IMG/VR virus record: IMGVR_UViG_3300028914_000064
Coordinates: 32,001-96,000 of that record
Length of the DNA stretch: 64,000 nucleotides
Reading direction: 5' to 3' (one strand)
Source: a virus
Lineage: Duplodnaviria > Caudoviricetes
A program made the position numbers and the translations under genes. The notes under the pieces were generated by a model that saw only the letters and a program-made list of their open reading frames with translations, was not told the DNA's origin and searched no databases. This document shows positions 26,808 to 40,020 of the stretch, piece by piece. Positions within the stretch are counted from its first letter, which is position 1. The number at the start of each line of letters is the position of its first letter.

Positions 26808-27819
26808 AATGCTCCTTATATTCATAAATATTTTCTTTGAACAACTTTTTAAAAGTATCTATTCCAAAATCACTTGGACTTGCTTTAGAGTCTTTTGGTA
26901 ATCCGCCATAGAGATAAAATACTTTGTTATGATAAACAGAGTTATTTACATATACTTGAGCACAAGCTTTTTTTATTTCTTGTAATGAAACACCTTCATC
27001 AAAAGCAATTATAATTTCATCGCACATAAGAGATTTTATTATCGAAGCTTGAGAAACAGAAATATCATGTCCCATTATTGCGGAAGCAATATTGCACCCA
27101 AAGTCAGAACATTGCATTACGGATTTTTCTGCTTCTAAGATTATGATCTTACTTTTTTTAACGATACTTTTATAGTTCTGCGAAAGCCCATATACTACTG
27201 AAGATTTTTGAAAAGGAATTTCAGCCCAATATTTATTTACGAGAATATCTTCGTTTTTCCTAGCTTTGCAGCCTATTAGTTCGTCCTGGATATTTGTAAT
27301 GGGGATTAAGATAGCATTGTTTTCAAGATCAAATCTTAAATCAAATTTTTCCTGAGTAAGATATGATATGCCATCTTTATAAAATCTGAGATTACAGGCT
27401 TTTGGAGGAAGGATACTACGGTCATATTTTTTTAGTTCTGTATCCATTATTTTTTTAGTTGTATTGAGTTCTTTATAAAATCCACCAAAAGGCCGGATAA
27501 TCTGTTCATCGTTAAACTTATAATCGATCCAACCTGCAATGATTTTTAATGCTTTTGGAAAAGAAACCTTTTTCATATCCATTACAAGAGAATATATGTT
27601 ACCTCTTGAACTTCTTGTTGTGCAGATATAATTTAGACTTTTCGTATATATTATGTACCCAAATAGATTATCTGCTGAAGGATCTGGTCTAGGAGAGGTA
27701 ATCATTTGTTTCGAAGCATGGTACTTGATCTTATCTTCTGGGAAGTTTAATTTGATCAAAACTCTGATAATCAAATCCGGATTTTGTCGAAGTTGTTCGG
27801 ATAATTCTTCGACATTTAT
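26800..27819 (-). CDS. DNA primase (Toprim domain), probable ATA/ATT start
   Basis: ILEAEKS, IIIAFDEG, LIPI....LIG.KAR; SD GGAGG precedes ATT ATA with no in-frame ATG. Confidence 0.82.
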   Translation of the reverse strand: MNVEELSEQLRQNPDLIIRVLIKLNFPEDKIKYHASKQMITSPRPDPSADNLFGYIIYTKSLNYICTTRSSRGNIYSLVMDMKKVSFPKALKIIAGWIDYKFNDEQIIRPFGGFYKELNTTKKIMDTELKKYDRSILPPKACNLRFYKDGISYLTQEKFDLRFDLENNAILIPITNIQDELIGCKARKNEDILVNKYWAEIPFQKSSVVYGLSQNYKSIVKKSKIIILEAEKSVMQCSDFGCNIASAIMGHDISVSQASIIKSLMCDEIIIAFDEGVSLQEIKKACAQVYVNNSVYHNKVFYLYGGLPKDSKASPSDFGIDTFKKLFKENIYEYKEHYE

Positions 27820-27843
27820 AATTACCGCCTCCTCTCTGGTAAA

Positions 27844-29007
27844 TTAACTTCTTAGTATTTTTATGTCATATACTAATTTTTCACAGAATTCATTTACTTC
27901 TTTAAGAGTCGTATCATTGCTAAGGCTTATCCTTATTGAACTATTTGCTTCTTCGTCAGAGCATCCGATAGCTTTAAGTACATGAGAAGGTTCTTTGGAA
28001 TTAGAATTGCAAGCGGAACCGGTAGAAACATAAATTTCCTGATCATCAAGCATTGCAACAAGTTCTTCTCCTCGTACTCCTTTAATAGATATGTTTAATA
28101 TATTTGGTGTATGGTTTGGATCTGTTACAAGAGATCCATTCATTTTTATATTGGATATGTTTGCATTTAAAAAATCCCAGATATATGAACTTAACTTACG
28201 GACTGCCCAAGAACATTCTAATTTCTGTTTAGCAAGTTCACATGCTTTTGCAAAACCAACAATATATGGAACATTTTCTGTCCCTCCACGCATTCCGGAT
28301 TCTTGCTGCCCTCCATAAATAAGAGGGGAATAAAATTGTTGCGCATCTTTCCTAATATATAAAGCACCAATACCTTTTGGAGCTCCAATTTTATGTCCAG
28401 AAATTGATAAAGATGTTATTCCACTATAGTCTTTTATTGAAAGAGGAGAAATAACATATTCATTAATGCAAATAGGAATATGCCCAAATGCTTGAACTGC
28501 ATCAACATGGAAAAAAATACCTTCTGTTTTACATATTTTTGCTATGTCAGCAATTGGTTGTATCGTTCCGATTTCGTTGTTAACCATCATTACTGTTATG
28601 AGAGGGGTGTCTTGCTTAATTTTTGCAATCAAAGAATTTGTATCTATCTCACCATCAAACCCAACATCTATGTACTCTGCTTCGATACCATCAGAATTAA
28701 TAGAATTCAAGATAGAATGATGTTCAATTGGAGAACTAAGAATTTTACCAGAGTATATGCAATGCAAACCTCGGATTGCCCATGTGTTTGCTTCGCTTCC
28801 GGAGCTTGTAAAAAAGATTTCGTCTGGAGAAGCACCAATAGATTCAGCTACAACTTTACGTGCCGCACTTATAGCTTTATGTGCGTTTCTTCCTATCAAA
28901 TATTTACTTGAAGGATTTCCCCAATCTGAAGAGAGCCATGGGCTCATGGCTTCTAAGACCTCTTTGTTTATAGGTGTCGTTGAAGCATTATCGAAATAAT
29001 AAGGCAT
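27844..29007 (-). CDS. iscS: Cysteine desulfurase, IscS/NifS family
   Basis: YFDNASTT, FHVDAVQ, SGHKIG (PLP Lys), GGTENV, STGSACNS (catalytic Cys). Confidence 0.93.
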   Translation of the reverse strand: MPYYFDNASTTPINKEVLEAMSPWLSSDWGNPSSKYLIGRNAHKAISAARKVVAESIGASPDEIFFTSSGSEANTWAIRGLHCIYSGKILSSPIEHHSILNSINSDGIEAEYIDVGFDGEIDTNSLIAKIKQDTPLITVMMVNNEIGTIQPIADIAKICKTEGIFFHVDAVQAFGHIPICINEYVISPLSIKDYSGITSLSISGHKIGAPKGIGALYIRKDAQQFYSPLIYGGQQESGMRGGTENVPYIVGFAKACELAKQKLECSWAVRKLSSYIWDFLNANISNIKMNGSLVTDPNHTPNILNISIKGVRGEELVAMLDDQEIYVSTGSACNSNSKEPSHVLKAIGCSDEEANSSIRISLSNDTTLKEVNEFCEKLVYDIKILRS

Positions 29008-29066
29008 AACTACCTCCCTTACAATTAGGTTATTTTAATTATACTTCCAATGCTTAATTTTGGCAA

Positions 29067-30227
29067 TCATACAATAAAATGCATCCCACATTTTTCACAG
29101 TATCCACTGGCAGTTTGCCATTCTAATGTGATTGGATTCCGCACATATAAAGTTCTGACACATTTTTTACCACCACAACCAAAAAACTTATTTTTATTGC
29201 AATCTTCATACTCAATCTTTGTTTCTTCTCTAAGAGTTAGCCATTCTTTCATTTTAGGATCTGTGACAGATACTTTTTTCCTACAATTAACACATAAGTA
29301 AGAACCATCAGTATTTTTCCAAATAGGCGCTCCACATTCAGGACAACTTGGACGTGAAAAACATTTGTCAGTATGAATATCATAATCCATTTCCCAAATA
29401 GCTTTCATCAATAATCCTCCTCCAAATAGATTAAAATGCAGCAATAATCAGTAAAATGAATAGCAATTATATCAGATTTACTTACAATTTTATGATTAAG
29501 GAAATCAACTAATTGTATTTCTGATTCAAAACTTTCAATCTTATACATTGCTTAGTCTCCTCTCTGATTGATGGTGTTCTTTCGAAATGCTTTTATAAAT
29601 TTATCATAATCGGATATACATCTATCACAGACTAAAGGTCTAATAATAATACCTTTTATTTTTTTTGGCATCATATGCAAATATTCTTGCTTATTATATT
29701 CTGCACCGCATATATCACACTTATAAATAATCATCTGTATCATCCTTTTTTTTATCAAAAATTTTAAGATAATCAGTATTCATAAAATCATTTAAAGCTT
29801 TTTCATATCCGGCAGAATAACCTTTTGTATAAGATTCTGCTTCTATGAGTTTTATTATATTTATTATATTTTCAACCCAATCACTCATATTTGTCACCTT
29901 ATTTTTTTTGAGCTAGATTACGTTCATTTTTATCTGCCCATTTGAGCCATTTTCCACATTTGCTACAATAAATCCCTACCTGACTTTTCTTTGAAAGAAA
30001 AAAGAAATCCTCACTACCACACTTGCATTTGTAATCTTTAATCTTCATGGATTTCTCCTTTCTAAATTATCTGCAATAACAGCAAGACTTTTTGATATTT
30101 CCATAAGCATCGTTGCAATTGCTCCTTGTTGTATTGATGAAATTTCTTCATAAGACCCAGAAGCCATCTCTTTTGCCTGCATTTTTATATTCTCAATTAT
30201 CTTTTCGTTTTCTTCATATCTACTCAT
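29067..30227 (-). other. Small phage hypothetical CDS cluster (several Zn-ribbon proteins)
   Basis: ORFs 29067-29444, 29552-29758, 30045-30227 and shorter ones. Confidence 0.7.
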
Positions 30228-31595
30228 ATAATGGTAGCGTAATTTAAGACACTTTTTGAGACATTTAATAATGAATCTGATACACTCATTTTATCAATGA
30301 AAGGAATCATTACTATGTCTCGTAAAAGAAGAAATTTCACATCAGAATTCAAAGCTAAACTTGTTCTTGAGGTTCTCAAAGGAGAAAAGGAGCTCAACGT
30401 CATCGCTACCGAAAATGATATCCAGCCAAATCTCCTTAGAAACTGGAAAAGAGAGTTCCTCAATAAAGCATCATTGGTTTTTGATGATTCCCGCGAGGAT
30501 AACCTGCGAGAGAAGCTTGCTTCCGAGCGTAAAGAAAAAGAACAATACGCCAAGAAAGTCGGTCAGCTCACCATGCAGGTGGACTGGCTCAAAAAAAAAT
30601 CTGAAGAAGTTATCGGACCTGACTACGAGAGTAAATATAGTCCGAAACCATTCGAAGACTAACAATAAAGGCATCTCCGTCAGCGATGCAGCCAAGTTGT
30701 GCGGTGTTAATCGTACCAGCATTTACTATAAAGGGCATCCCGTTTCTGAAACTGAGATCATCTGCAAGAAGATAATCGACATGCTCCATACTGAAAATCC
30801 CACCTGGGGAGCAAGGCAAATGTCTGCTCAGCTTAAAGAACGCGGCTACAAGATTGGGCGCAGAAAAGCTCGCAGATTCATGACTGAGATGGCAATCGAT
30901 CCAATATATCCAAAGATGAATCTTTCTAAGCGTCAGAAGTATGCTGAGGTTGTACCATATCTACTTCGTAATGCTGATATAGAGCGTCCCAATCAGGCTT
31001 GGTCTATTGATATAACATATATTCCAATGAAGCACGGTTTCTTGTATCTGACTGCAATCATTGATTGGGCAAGCCGTTGCATTGTCGGCTGGGAGCTTGA
31101 CGATACACTTGATACCAGGGCTGTAATTGAGGCTTGTAAAAAGGCATTTAAAGTTGCTAAGCCTGAAATCTTCAACAGCGATCAAGGCTGTCAGTTTACC
31201 AGTCATGAATACAAACAGCTTTTAAAGGATAACGGCATCAAGCAGAGCATGGATGGAAAAAGCCGCTGGGCTGACAATATCATGATTGAGCGCTGGTTCC
31301 GCTCCCTCAAATGGGAAGAGGTATACCTCACTGAATATGCCAACCTGAAAGAAGCAAGGGCGGCTATTGGCAAATACATCTATAAATATAACTTTGAACG
31401 TTGTCACTCTGCTATCGGCAATGTTCCTCCTGCATCCATGTACTATCCGGCATTTCTTTACGATTATGCGCTGGAAGCTGTCGGATGTTATGCTGCATGA
31501 TATTGGTTACTGTGGGGGAGGGGCTCCCTCTCTCCCTTTAACATAGATTCATTATAAAATGACAAAAAATTTGTCTTGAAAACTAAGCCACTATA
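30227..31595 (+). mobile_element. IS3 family insertion sequence (1369 bp) with 3-bp target duplication TCA
   Basis: Imperfect ~50-bp terminal IRs (TATAATGG...AAGACA...ATAATGAATCT vs TATAGTGG...AAGACA...ATAATGAATCT); TCA at 30224-30226 and 31596-31598; higher GC. Confidence 0.92.
30315..31500 (+). CDS. IS3 transposase OrfAB via -1 frameshift at A9 (30591-30599); OrfA 30315-30662
   Basis: OrfA HTH (RRNFTSEFKAK); OrfB DDE motifs WSIDITY, NSDQGCQF, IERWFRSLK. Confidence 0.92.
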
Positions 31596-32780
31596 TCATG
31601 CTTCCTCCTTTTTATTTTTTAAAATGATTTGATTTTTCTAAATTTTCTTTTTCTTTTAATGCTTTCTCTGTTTCATTTTGAAATTCAGTTGTAAGTTCTT
31701 GAAATTGATCTTTAAGAACTTCTATACCAGATCTAAACCCAATAAAAAAACCAATAAAATAAATGATAATGATAATCATAATTTCAAGAAATAATCTCAT
31801 TATTAGTTTTCCTCTTTATCAAGCATATATGCTCCGCAGTGTGGACAATATTTAGGATAATTATGTTTAACATCCTGGCCTATAGGATAACCATGTTTAT
31901 CTAGTTTATTTGTATCTCGATGACAGTTAGAACATTCAAAATAGCCATGTCGTTTTTCTATCCATCTTGCAGTAACTATAGTCTTGACATCATCCATTTT
32001 TTCACCAAAACTCTTCCCAATTTCATTAAGTTGTGCTAGTGTCATATTCTTTTCCCAAAGTATTTGGTCTACATATTCTTTTGAAAAGAGTTCTCCTTTT
32101 TGTGCAGCCTCTAAAATAATATAAATTGCCAATGTTTGTTTCCGGTCTTTTACAGATCGATTACGAATAACATTATTTACCATAGGATCTATAAATGATA
32201 TGTTTTCGATTTCTTTGCAAGCATCTTTAAATGTCATTAAATTCTCCTTCATTATTTTCTATACATGATAGTTTTTTGAATTTATGATGATTCCTAAAAT
32301 CTGTTACAAGATCATGCTTTTGGCAGATAGCTCTTCCCCAATCCATGCATTGTCCACATATTATCTGTGGCTCATATAAAATTTTAAAATATTTGCAATC
32401 CTTACAAAGCATCTAACTTCTCCTTTCACTCATTTGTGATCCACAATTAGGGCAAAACTTTGTTGTTCCTTTGGCATATGGCATTTCTTCTTTTGAACCA
32501 TATAAGCAATTACTACATACATAGTAATCCTTATCATCATTGGTCACATGTATCCAATATGCATATGTGGATGGAACTGCATTTTTAATTTTGGTCTTTA
32601 TGCTTTTACAAATAGGGACAAGCTTTATTCCTTTATTTTGATAACTATCTGTGTCATCTAAAATTTTGCAAACCTTTTCCTCTCTACTCATAGCTGATAA
32701 AAAAATACGATATTCTCTCTCATTAAGAACAGCCATCTTTTTTCTCCTTTATTATTTAAAATAAGAATTATTCTTTTTGG

Positions 32781-33317
32781 CTACTTGCTTATTTGATTTC
32801 CTAATTTATATTCTTCCCATTCACCATATTTAAGATAATAGTTTGGGAAAGTTTCTTTTATGATCTTGCATTTATCCGAATTACTATAACTAGGGTTATA
32901 GGAACATATTGCTACTGTTTGTTCTAAATCTAAACATTGTTCCTTTAGTTGTGTTTTTATCCATTTATTTACATCCATCTTATAAAAACTTGCATTCGGA
33001 AGAAATGAACAAATAAGCTCACCACAATCATCGATGTCTACTCCTATATATTTTTTAAAATCTTTGAATATATAAGCTTGAAACCCATAAGCTATTCCAA
33101 AATCTATGATTGTGTAGTTTTTGTTGATGGCATCTCTTACTTTGAAATAACCATCTTCAAAACATAAAAAAGTTTTATCACATTCTGCACCTGCTTCTGT
33201 TTTTCGAAATATTATGTTCAGCGTATGGATAGGAATTAGTTTTTCTTCAATGATTCTACAACTATTGGATGAATTAAGATGTTCTTTTGATAATTTTATC
33301 ATTGTCATTCCTTCCAA
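32781..33317 (-). CDS. SAM-dependent methyltransferase-like protein
   Basis: IIDFGIAYG...YIGVD motif I/II pattern. Confidence 0.5.
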   Translation of the reverse strand: MEGMTMIKLSKEHLNSSNSCRIIEEKLIPIHTLNIIFRKTEAGAECDKTFLCFEDGYFKVRDAINKNYTIIDFGIAYGFQAYIFKDFKKYIGVDIDDCGELICSFLPNASFYKMDVNKWIKTQLKEQCLDLEQTVAICSYNPSYSNSDKCKIIKETFPNYYLKYGEWEEYKLGNQISK

Positions 33318-33737
33318 AATACTTTATATTTTTCCAGGTATAGTAATTCATTTTACTCATCTTCCATTTCCACTATGAAATCATTTATTATAGTAGCGAC
33401 ATCTAAAAATTTAACAAGCAAATCATTTGAACAATCATATGAATCATAATCGCATTTATCCATTATTTTATGATTCAGCTGTTCTAAATATGGTTTTAAG
33501 AGTTGCTTTTTAGTAGAAATAGGGATGTTTGTCATTGTTGGAGATTGTTCGATCATTTCTTTAATAATAAAGATTGTATCAAGTTTATCGTCATCAAAGT
33601 AATTATCTTTTACCAAAATTTTATTCTCAAAGTCTCTTATTCTATCTAAAAGAATATCTGCATCTATTGCTCTCATTTCTTCCCCTTATAAATTTATATT
33701 ATTTTTTAGTGGTTGTTTTATCATATAAATTATCATG

Positions 33738-33974
33738 TTATAATCCCAAAATGCAATAACCTTTTTTCAATCCATATTTAGGGCAATTCCTTAAAATATA
33801 ATGGATTGGAAATAGATCTGATTTCCGTCCAGTATATTCTCCATTTGCATATTCATAAAAGCATAATAGATCCCCAACTTTATATTCTCTATCATCTTTT
33901 CGTAATTCAAAACGTTTCTTTCCGAGAAGTACATCATCATAATATTTTGGATGTAATTTTAATTCATGAAGCAT
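33738..33974 (-). CDS. DUF3850/ASCH-like protein
   Basis: HELK..P.YY..V..GKK.FELRKDDR.YKVGD. Confidence 0.85.
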   Translation of the reverse strand: MLHELKLHPKYYDDVLLGKKRFELRKDDREYKVGDLLCFYEYANGEYTGRKSDLFPIHYILRNCPKYGLKKGYCILGL

Positions 33975-36900
33975 TTATTTAGTCCTTCCTATTGTTTTTT
34001 CAAACTTTTCCCATAATTCACCGCAGTTTTTATGATATGTCGATACTTCTTCTTCGGTATAACATTTAATTACTACACCTTGGACATTATGCCAAATATC
34101 TCCGCGCCAATGTTTTTTGACAAGCTTATAATAATCTCTTTTTTCCATTATTCATCTCCATGCATATGTTTTATTATTTCGTTTATTTGTGGAAAGTAGC
34201 GCCCTGTCTTTTTGACTTTATGTTTCTCGGTTCTAAGTAATCCGTCCATATATTCTGACAATACCAAGATTGTTTCTTTATTTGCTTCAGCAATCACGAT
34301 TCCTTTGCAATTTAATTGTGGAACATCTACTTCATCTCCAATCTTGATTTCATCTTCATACTGACTTTTCTCTAGCGATTTATAATAATCATTAATTTTG
34401 GTTATTGCTTCTAAAGCTGTAAAAATCATAAATATCTCATAGGCAGAAAGATTGCCAAAGATTGCAATTACCCCATCTATTCCGATACCACCATCTGTTT
34501 TGCTAAGCACAATCTTCCTTGCACATTCCCAAGCATCATTAAGACCTCGTTCATACGCATATACTGCATTTTTACGCTGATTACTATCGGCTTCTTCATA
34601 TCCTTCTCTTCTTGCTCTCTTACATACATTAGCAAGGGCATTCATGATTTCTTCTTTATAATTCATTTTTTGGCTCCAGTTCTGATAATAGGTTGTCTAT
34701 TTCATACTCAATATCATCTAAATCAACAATCCAAGTAGGCTCTTTGTCACAAAAACACACTGTGCTTTCAGGTTCCTCATAGGAATGATTTTTTAACTTG
34801 GTTTTTAATTCTTCGAGATAGGGCTTAACTATCTTCTGTTCTGTGATTTCATTCGCTTCTTCAATAATATCTCTAACAGTATTTTCATACTTGGGGTGGT
34901 TAATGTCATAATCAAGAATATCTCCGTACTCTCTTAACATCATTGCTTTATCTATGAATTCACGCTTTGCCATCTTCTTCAACCTCCTGCAATACATCGT
35001 CTATATTTTCTCTCACTTCGCGCAACCACGCTCTTGCATCTGTTCTAGCTTTGTCCACGCTATTTTCATACGTTTCAAGCTCTGCCACCCTTACGATGTC
35101 TAAAATTAATTCAAGTGTTAGGCTTTCTAATTCTTTCATGCGTTCAAAGGCTCTATTGTCGCAATTTGTTTCGCCAACAGGCAGTATGCTACCACCATTT
35201 AGCTTTTTAACTATTTCATAGAGATTGAAATTTTTCTCCATTTCTACATCCTCCTTTTTCTTCTTGATTATCTTCGCTTTTAACCCAATTAGGGCAATCT
35301 TTACAGTTCCAATCTGCTTCACAAATATATGGTTTTAAAGGTTCGTCATATATACAAGCCATCACTCCCACCCCTTTATCTTCTTGATTATCTCTTTAAC
35401 CCAATCGGGCAACGCGCATTTCCACATAGGCACGTCAAACTCATAATTGAAACAACAGCCGCAGTCCTCACACTCTCCCTCGTATGAGTAGCTATCCCAA
35501 CTCATAGGGCAATTTTCGCAACATCTGTCTATTCCGTAGTGCTTCTTTTGCTTGCCGTTTTTTACTTCGTTCCAACTGAATAGTTCTAAAACACCAATTC
35601 TCATTTTCCCCGTCCTCCTTACCATATGCATACATTGCCGTAATATTCGTCACACGCGTAATCCTCTTCAAAATCAATAGCACTAATTTTGTTTATAATA
35701 TATTTTCTATCTATCAATTCACAATTTGTCATCTATATGCTCCTTAAGTTTACATTCATCTGTACCTTTAAAAGACATAAATGATATGTTCTTTATCGTT
35801 GGATGGCTATTTAGGTCTCTAACAAGTTGACCTCTAAAACAATTTCGGGGACAATCTTTGTTGTAATCTATACAATGAGAATAATCATGATTCATTTTTT
35901 ATTCCTCTTTTATTAATTCCAATCTTTATTCCATCCGCTTCCAAAAACTTTTTTACCATGTTCATATATAATTTCTTTGTCAAATTCTTCTCCTGAAACA
36001 GATCTATTATACTCAAAAGCTTTTGTGCTTTGATCGAGTATATAATCTTCACAAGAAAACATACATTTAAGTTTATTTTTCATTTTTCCTTCTTCATGAT
36101 TAAATCTATTGCAGTTTTTACATTTTTCTATAGGATATTTATATTCTTCCATTCTTTTTTCTCTTATTCTTTTAATATATAAAAATCTATTTCTTCAAAA
36201 AGATGTTTGCAAGCTAGATGATATCCTTTGTCGATTGCATTGAGAGGTTCCCCTCCATTATCATCGTCACGAACCTGCATCCTTCTTCTTAGTTTATCGG
36301 GTATATCAACTTTTTCGTGTTTAGAGGAAAATCCTAATAACACTTTAGTATAGTAGAGTGCTGTGTTTAGGACTTCCTCTTAAACGTTATTTAGTTGATA
36401 TTTTTGTTATCCCTCACCTTCACTTATATAAACTATCCTTTAATTTTTATAGGTTGTAATCCTTTATCGTTTAACGGTTTTTTGTATGGCTCAAAGTTTT
36501 CTGATAACGATTCTTTTGTTATCTCTAACCATTCACCCTTTTCGTTCTCCAAACGAATAGTGTCATAAGCTCCTACCATTCTAAATTCTGATGTGTCTTG
36601 CTCCCATACAGAATCCTTATCAATATTTGTGTAACTATTGTCAATTGAAAAACCATTATCATCATAATTCTGTACTGAGAATGGTTTTACGCATTTGTAC
36701 TTATTATTCATATCTTTACTTCTCCTTATCTGTCAAAATGTTTTTACAAAATTTCGTAAACACACTAAAGTTTACATATCCCTATTTTATTTCCATTTCT
36801 TTCCCTTTCATCAATCCATAGCACAGCTTCATCAGCATTATGAAAAAGTTTCATTTTTGTGCCTTTATCATAGCTAACTGAAATCATAGATTTGTCGAAT

Positions 36901-39813
36901 TTATATTCGTCAACTATATACTTCCCTTTAATTTCAAAAGGATATCTCTGACTAGGAACAAGTTCTTTTATCTTTACTCCTTTATTTGAAATCCATTTAT
37001 CTGCCATCTTTATTTCTCCTATTTCTGCCTACTAATTTGTCATACTCTCTTGCTAACGGCTCTTGATAGTATTGATTTTGTTTTCAATAATAGTTATAAT
37101 TGCTTCTTTGCTTGAATGAAGTGCTTCTTCAGCTATTTTCTCCTTTGTCATTCTCGTTGTATATTTCATCCATACTGAACCATATTCTTCTATTTCTTTT
37201 AAGAGATCGTTTAGTAAGTCTATTACTTCTTCTTTTGTATAAGTTTGTGTGGCCATATTAATTATTCCCTTCTTTGTATATCTTTTCTTCATCCCAACAA
37301 CCAAGTTCGGATAAAAGATTGAATAAAACTTCTTCAGCATTGTTTAATTCAATCATTTCGTCACCACAAACATCTTCATGTCTTTCCCAAATCTTTTTTT
37401 TGAACATTTCATACATCTCTTCTAATTCTTTTATTCTTATAAGATTGTTTATAAAAGAATTTTGTTCTTTCCGGTTTTCTTCAGTAATGCGCAAAATATT
37501 AAGAGCATGACTACATGTCTCAACGCAATTTGTCAATGAACGAAAATTATACATGCAATTTTCACATTCATCACATAAATTTCTTTTTTCCTCTTTCCAA
37601 TTGTTATCTTTCTTACAAGTTCTACCATCAATTATTTTTTTCATTATTGATTTTTCTCCCTGTAAATTTTTCTATTATATCAAGAAGTTTTTCTATATCA
37701 ATATATCCCTTTTCTTTCCATTCATTATTAGTGATAGGCTCTAAATAACTATCTGAGTCTTCAACTATCTGTTTTATCATTTTGTCAATCTGTTCTATTG
37801 AGATAAATTGTTCAAGCTGTGTCATCTGCTTTACCTTTCTTTGAAAATACATTTATACGATAATTAATCAAATATTTTTTATTTCTTTGATTTTTTCTTT
37901 GATAAAAGCTATCGATAACATTTTTCCAACACGTATACCGTCCTGAATATTAGAATCGCAGTATTTCGTATTTTTAACTTTAGCTTCCGTTATTTTTACG
38001 TCTAGGTTTTTTAACATAGTTATTACTTCTTTTTTAGTAAATACTTTATGCATGATACCATCATCGTCAATTATCAAATCCATTTTACAATCTTTGTATT
38101 CCCCTATTTTTAGGGGTGATCCTTTAGTAATAGGAGTCTGTTCCGAGCATTCTTGCTTTTGATTTTGAACAAAGTTCTCACCTTCTGCCCAAATCTCTTC
38201 CGGCTCGCCCTTAACGACTTTTTCCAAGAGATTGAGGCTTTTTGTCTTGCCCTGTGCTGTGTTCCGCAAGAAGTCGATATATCCGATGAATTTTCCGATT
38301 CTCTCTTTTAAGTTCTTGTTCTCAGAAGCAAGATTGAGATTGATTTCATTAAGAGTATCGAAATCCTCTAGAGTTTTGATTGCTATATTAAATGCTTCGA
38401 AATCTAATAATCTATCCACTTCCCAAGCCCAATTCCTCTGTTTTTTAACTCTTTCTATTGCTTCCTCTTTTGTCATTTCCTTTTTTGTCATCGTTCAATC
38501 TCCCGTTTACTTTAATCGTTTCGATTTGTCGTTTTGCAATTATCATAATCCGATAGCTTTCTTTAATTCGGACAGTTTAATTGTACGATTATGAAGTTCA
38601 TTATCCATATTGATTAGCATTTCTACTTTACTCATTCTTTCAACGTCTTTGATTGCTTCTTCGATAACATAAAATTCCGGCAAAGGATGACGATCTTCAC
38701 CATAACCTTCTATATAATCATTCGTGATTTTAAGAAGATAATCTATAATTTGTTTTCTTTCTTCATTATTCATAATTTCTCCTTATTTAGAACCAACGTG
38801 TTTTAAGAATATACAATGCTTCTTTAGGACTTTTGGCATGAATAAACCATATTGCATCTGATATTTTATCGTGAATAAGATAGAGCTCTTCTTGTGCATA
38901 ATAATAGTCGTAGAATTTATTTTCTAATCCAACAACTTTAAAATCTAACCAAGGTATGTTTTTAATATTTTCATAAAACAAATGAATGTTTTTATCCATT
39001 TCAACAATTTCTCCTATTTTTGATTGCGACATCCATCTAAAGTTCACTATAAGATATCTCCTCTCCATAAGGTTACTCTGTTCCTTTCGGTCGCAGCTTC
39101 ATATCCTATGGTTATGAAAATTCATGTCGCTGTTATTTTTCAATGTTTATAATTTTATTCTTGATCGTCCGAATATTGTTCTAATAATTCCTCGATCATG
39201 CTCTGACAGCACTGTATTATTTCTTGTTCTTTTTTTGTATCAGATGGAATTGTTCCTATTTGTTGTTTCAAATTTTTTATTTTAGAAATAAGTTCAAGAC
39301 TTTTTACATATTTATTTATAGGGAAATAGTCTTCAATTGGTAGATCAATTATAGATTCGGGTAATATATAATTCCCAGATTCGATAGATTTAATAGCAAA
39401 ACAAAGAGCTTTTGATTGCTCGCTATTTTGAGGGAACATGTTTTTTATCCAATTTAGCCATTTAATAGTCATTAAACGTGTCATTTTTTTAACCCCCATG
39501 AAATTCTTGATGATATCATGATTACAATATAGTTTTGCTTTACATTTTTTACACCAATAATAATTCCTTTCAAGACAGTTCCAGCCAAAATCTCTTATAA
39601 GCTCAAGTTTATCCTCTTCCCAATCTCCTATTTCTTTGCCTTTATAATGATTGTCCCATGCTTTGAATCTTTTAACTTTTATATCTGTCCAATCACAATC
39701 TTCAAAAAAATCTGTTTTTTCGAAGGCAAGTTCATGTGCTTTTATCCTTGTTTTAGCAAATACAATTATAGAGCCGCAATTACCAATAACATCAGATACG
39801 ACCCAGGCTTTCA

Positions 39814-40020
39814 TTAAAAATCCTCTCCAATTCCTAAAAGCCAATCTGCTGAAATTTCCAAAGCCTGACAAATGATTTTAATATTTATTGCGTTTGGGAT
39901 TCGAGAATCTGTTATATATCGATTAATAGTTGACTTTGATAAATGTGATTTTTTAACAAGATCTCTTTGAGTCATTTTTCTTAATTTTAATACGTATATT
40001 ATTTTTTCACCTATAGTCAT
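39814..40020 (-). CDS. XRE family HTH regulator
   Basis: MTQRDL....LSKSTINRY....R.P......I..AL.ISADWLLG. Confidence 0.88.
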   Translation of the reverse strand: MTIGEKIIYVLKLRKMTQRDLVKKSHLSKSTINRYITDSRIPNAINIKIICQALEISADWLLGIGEDF

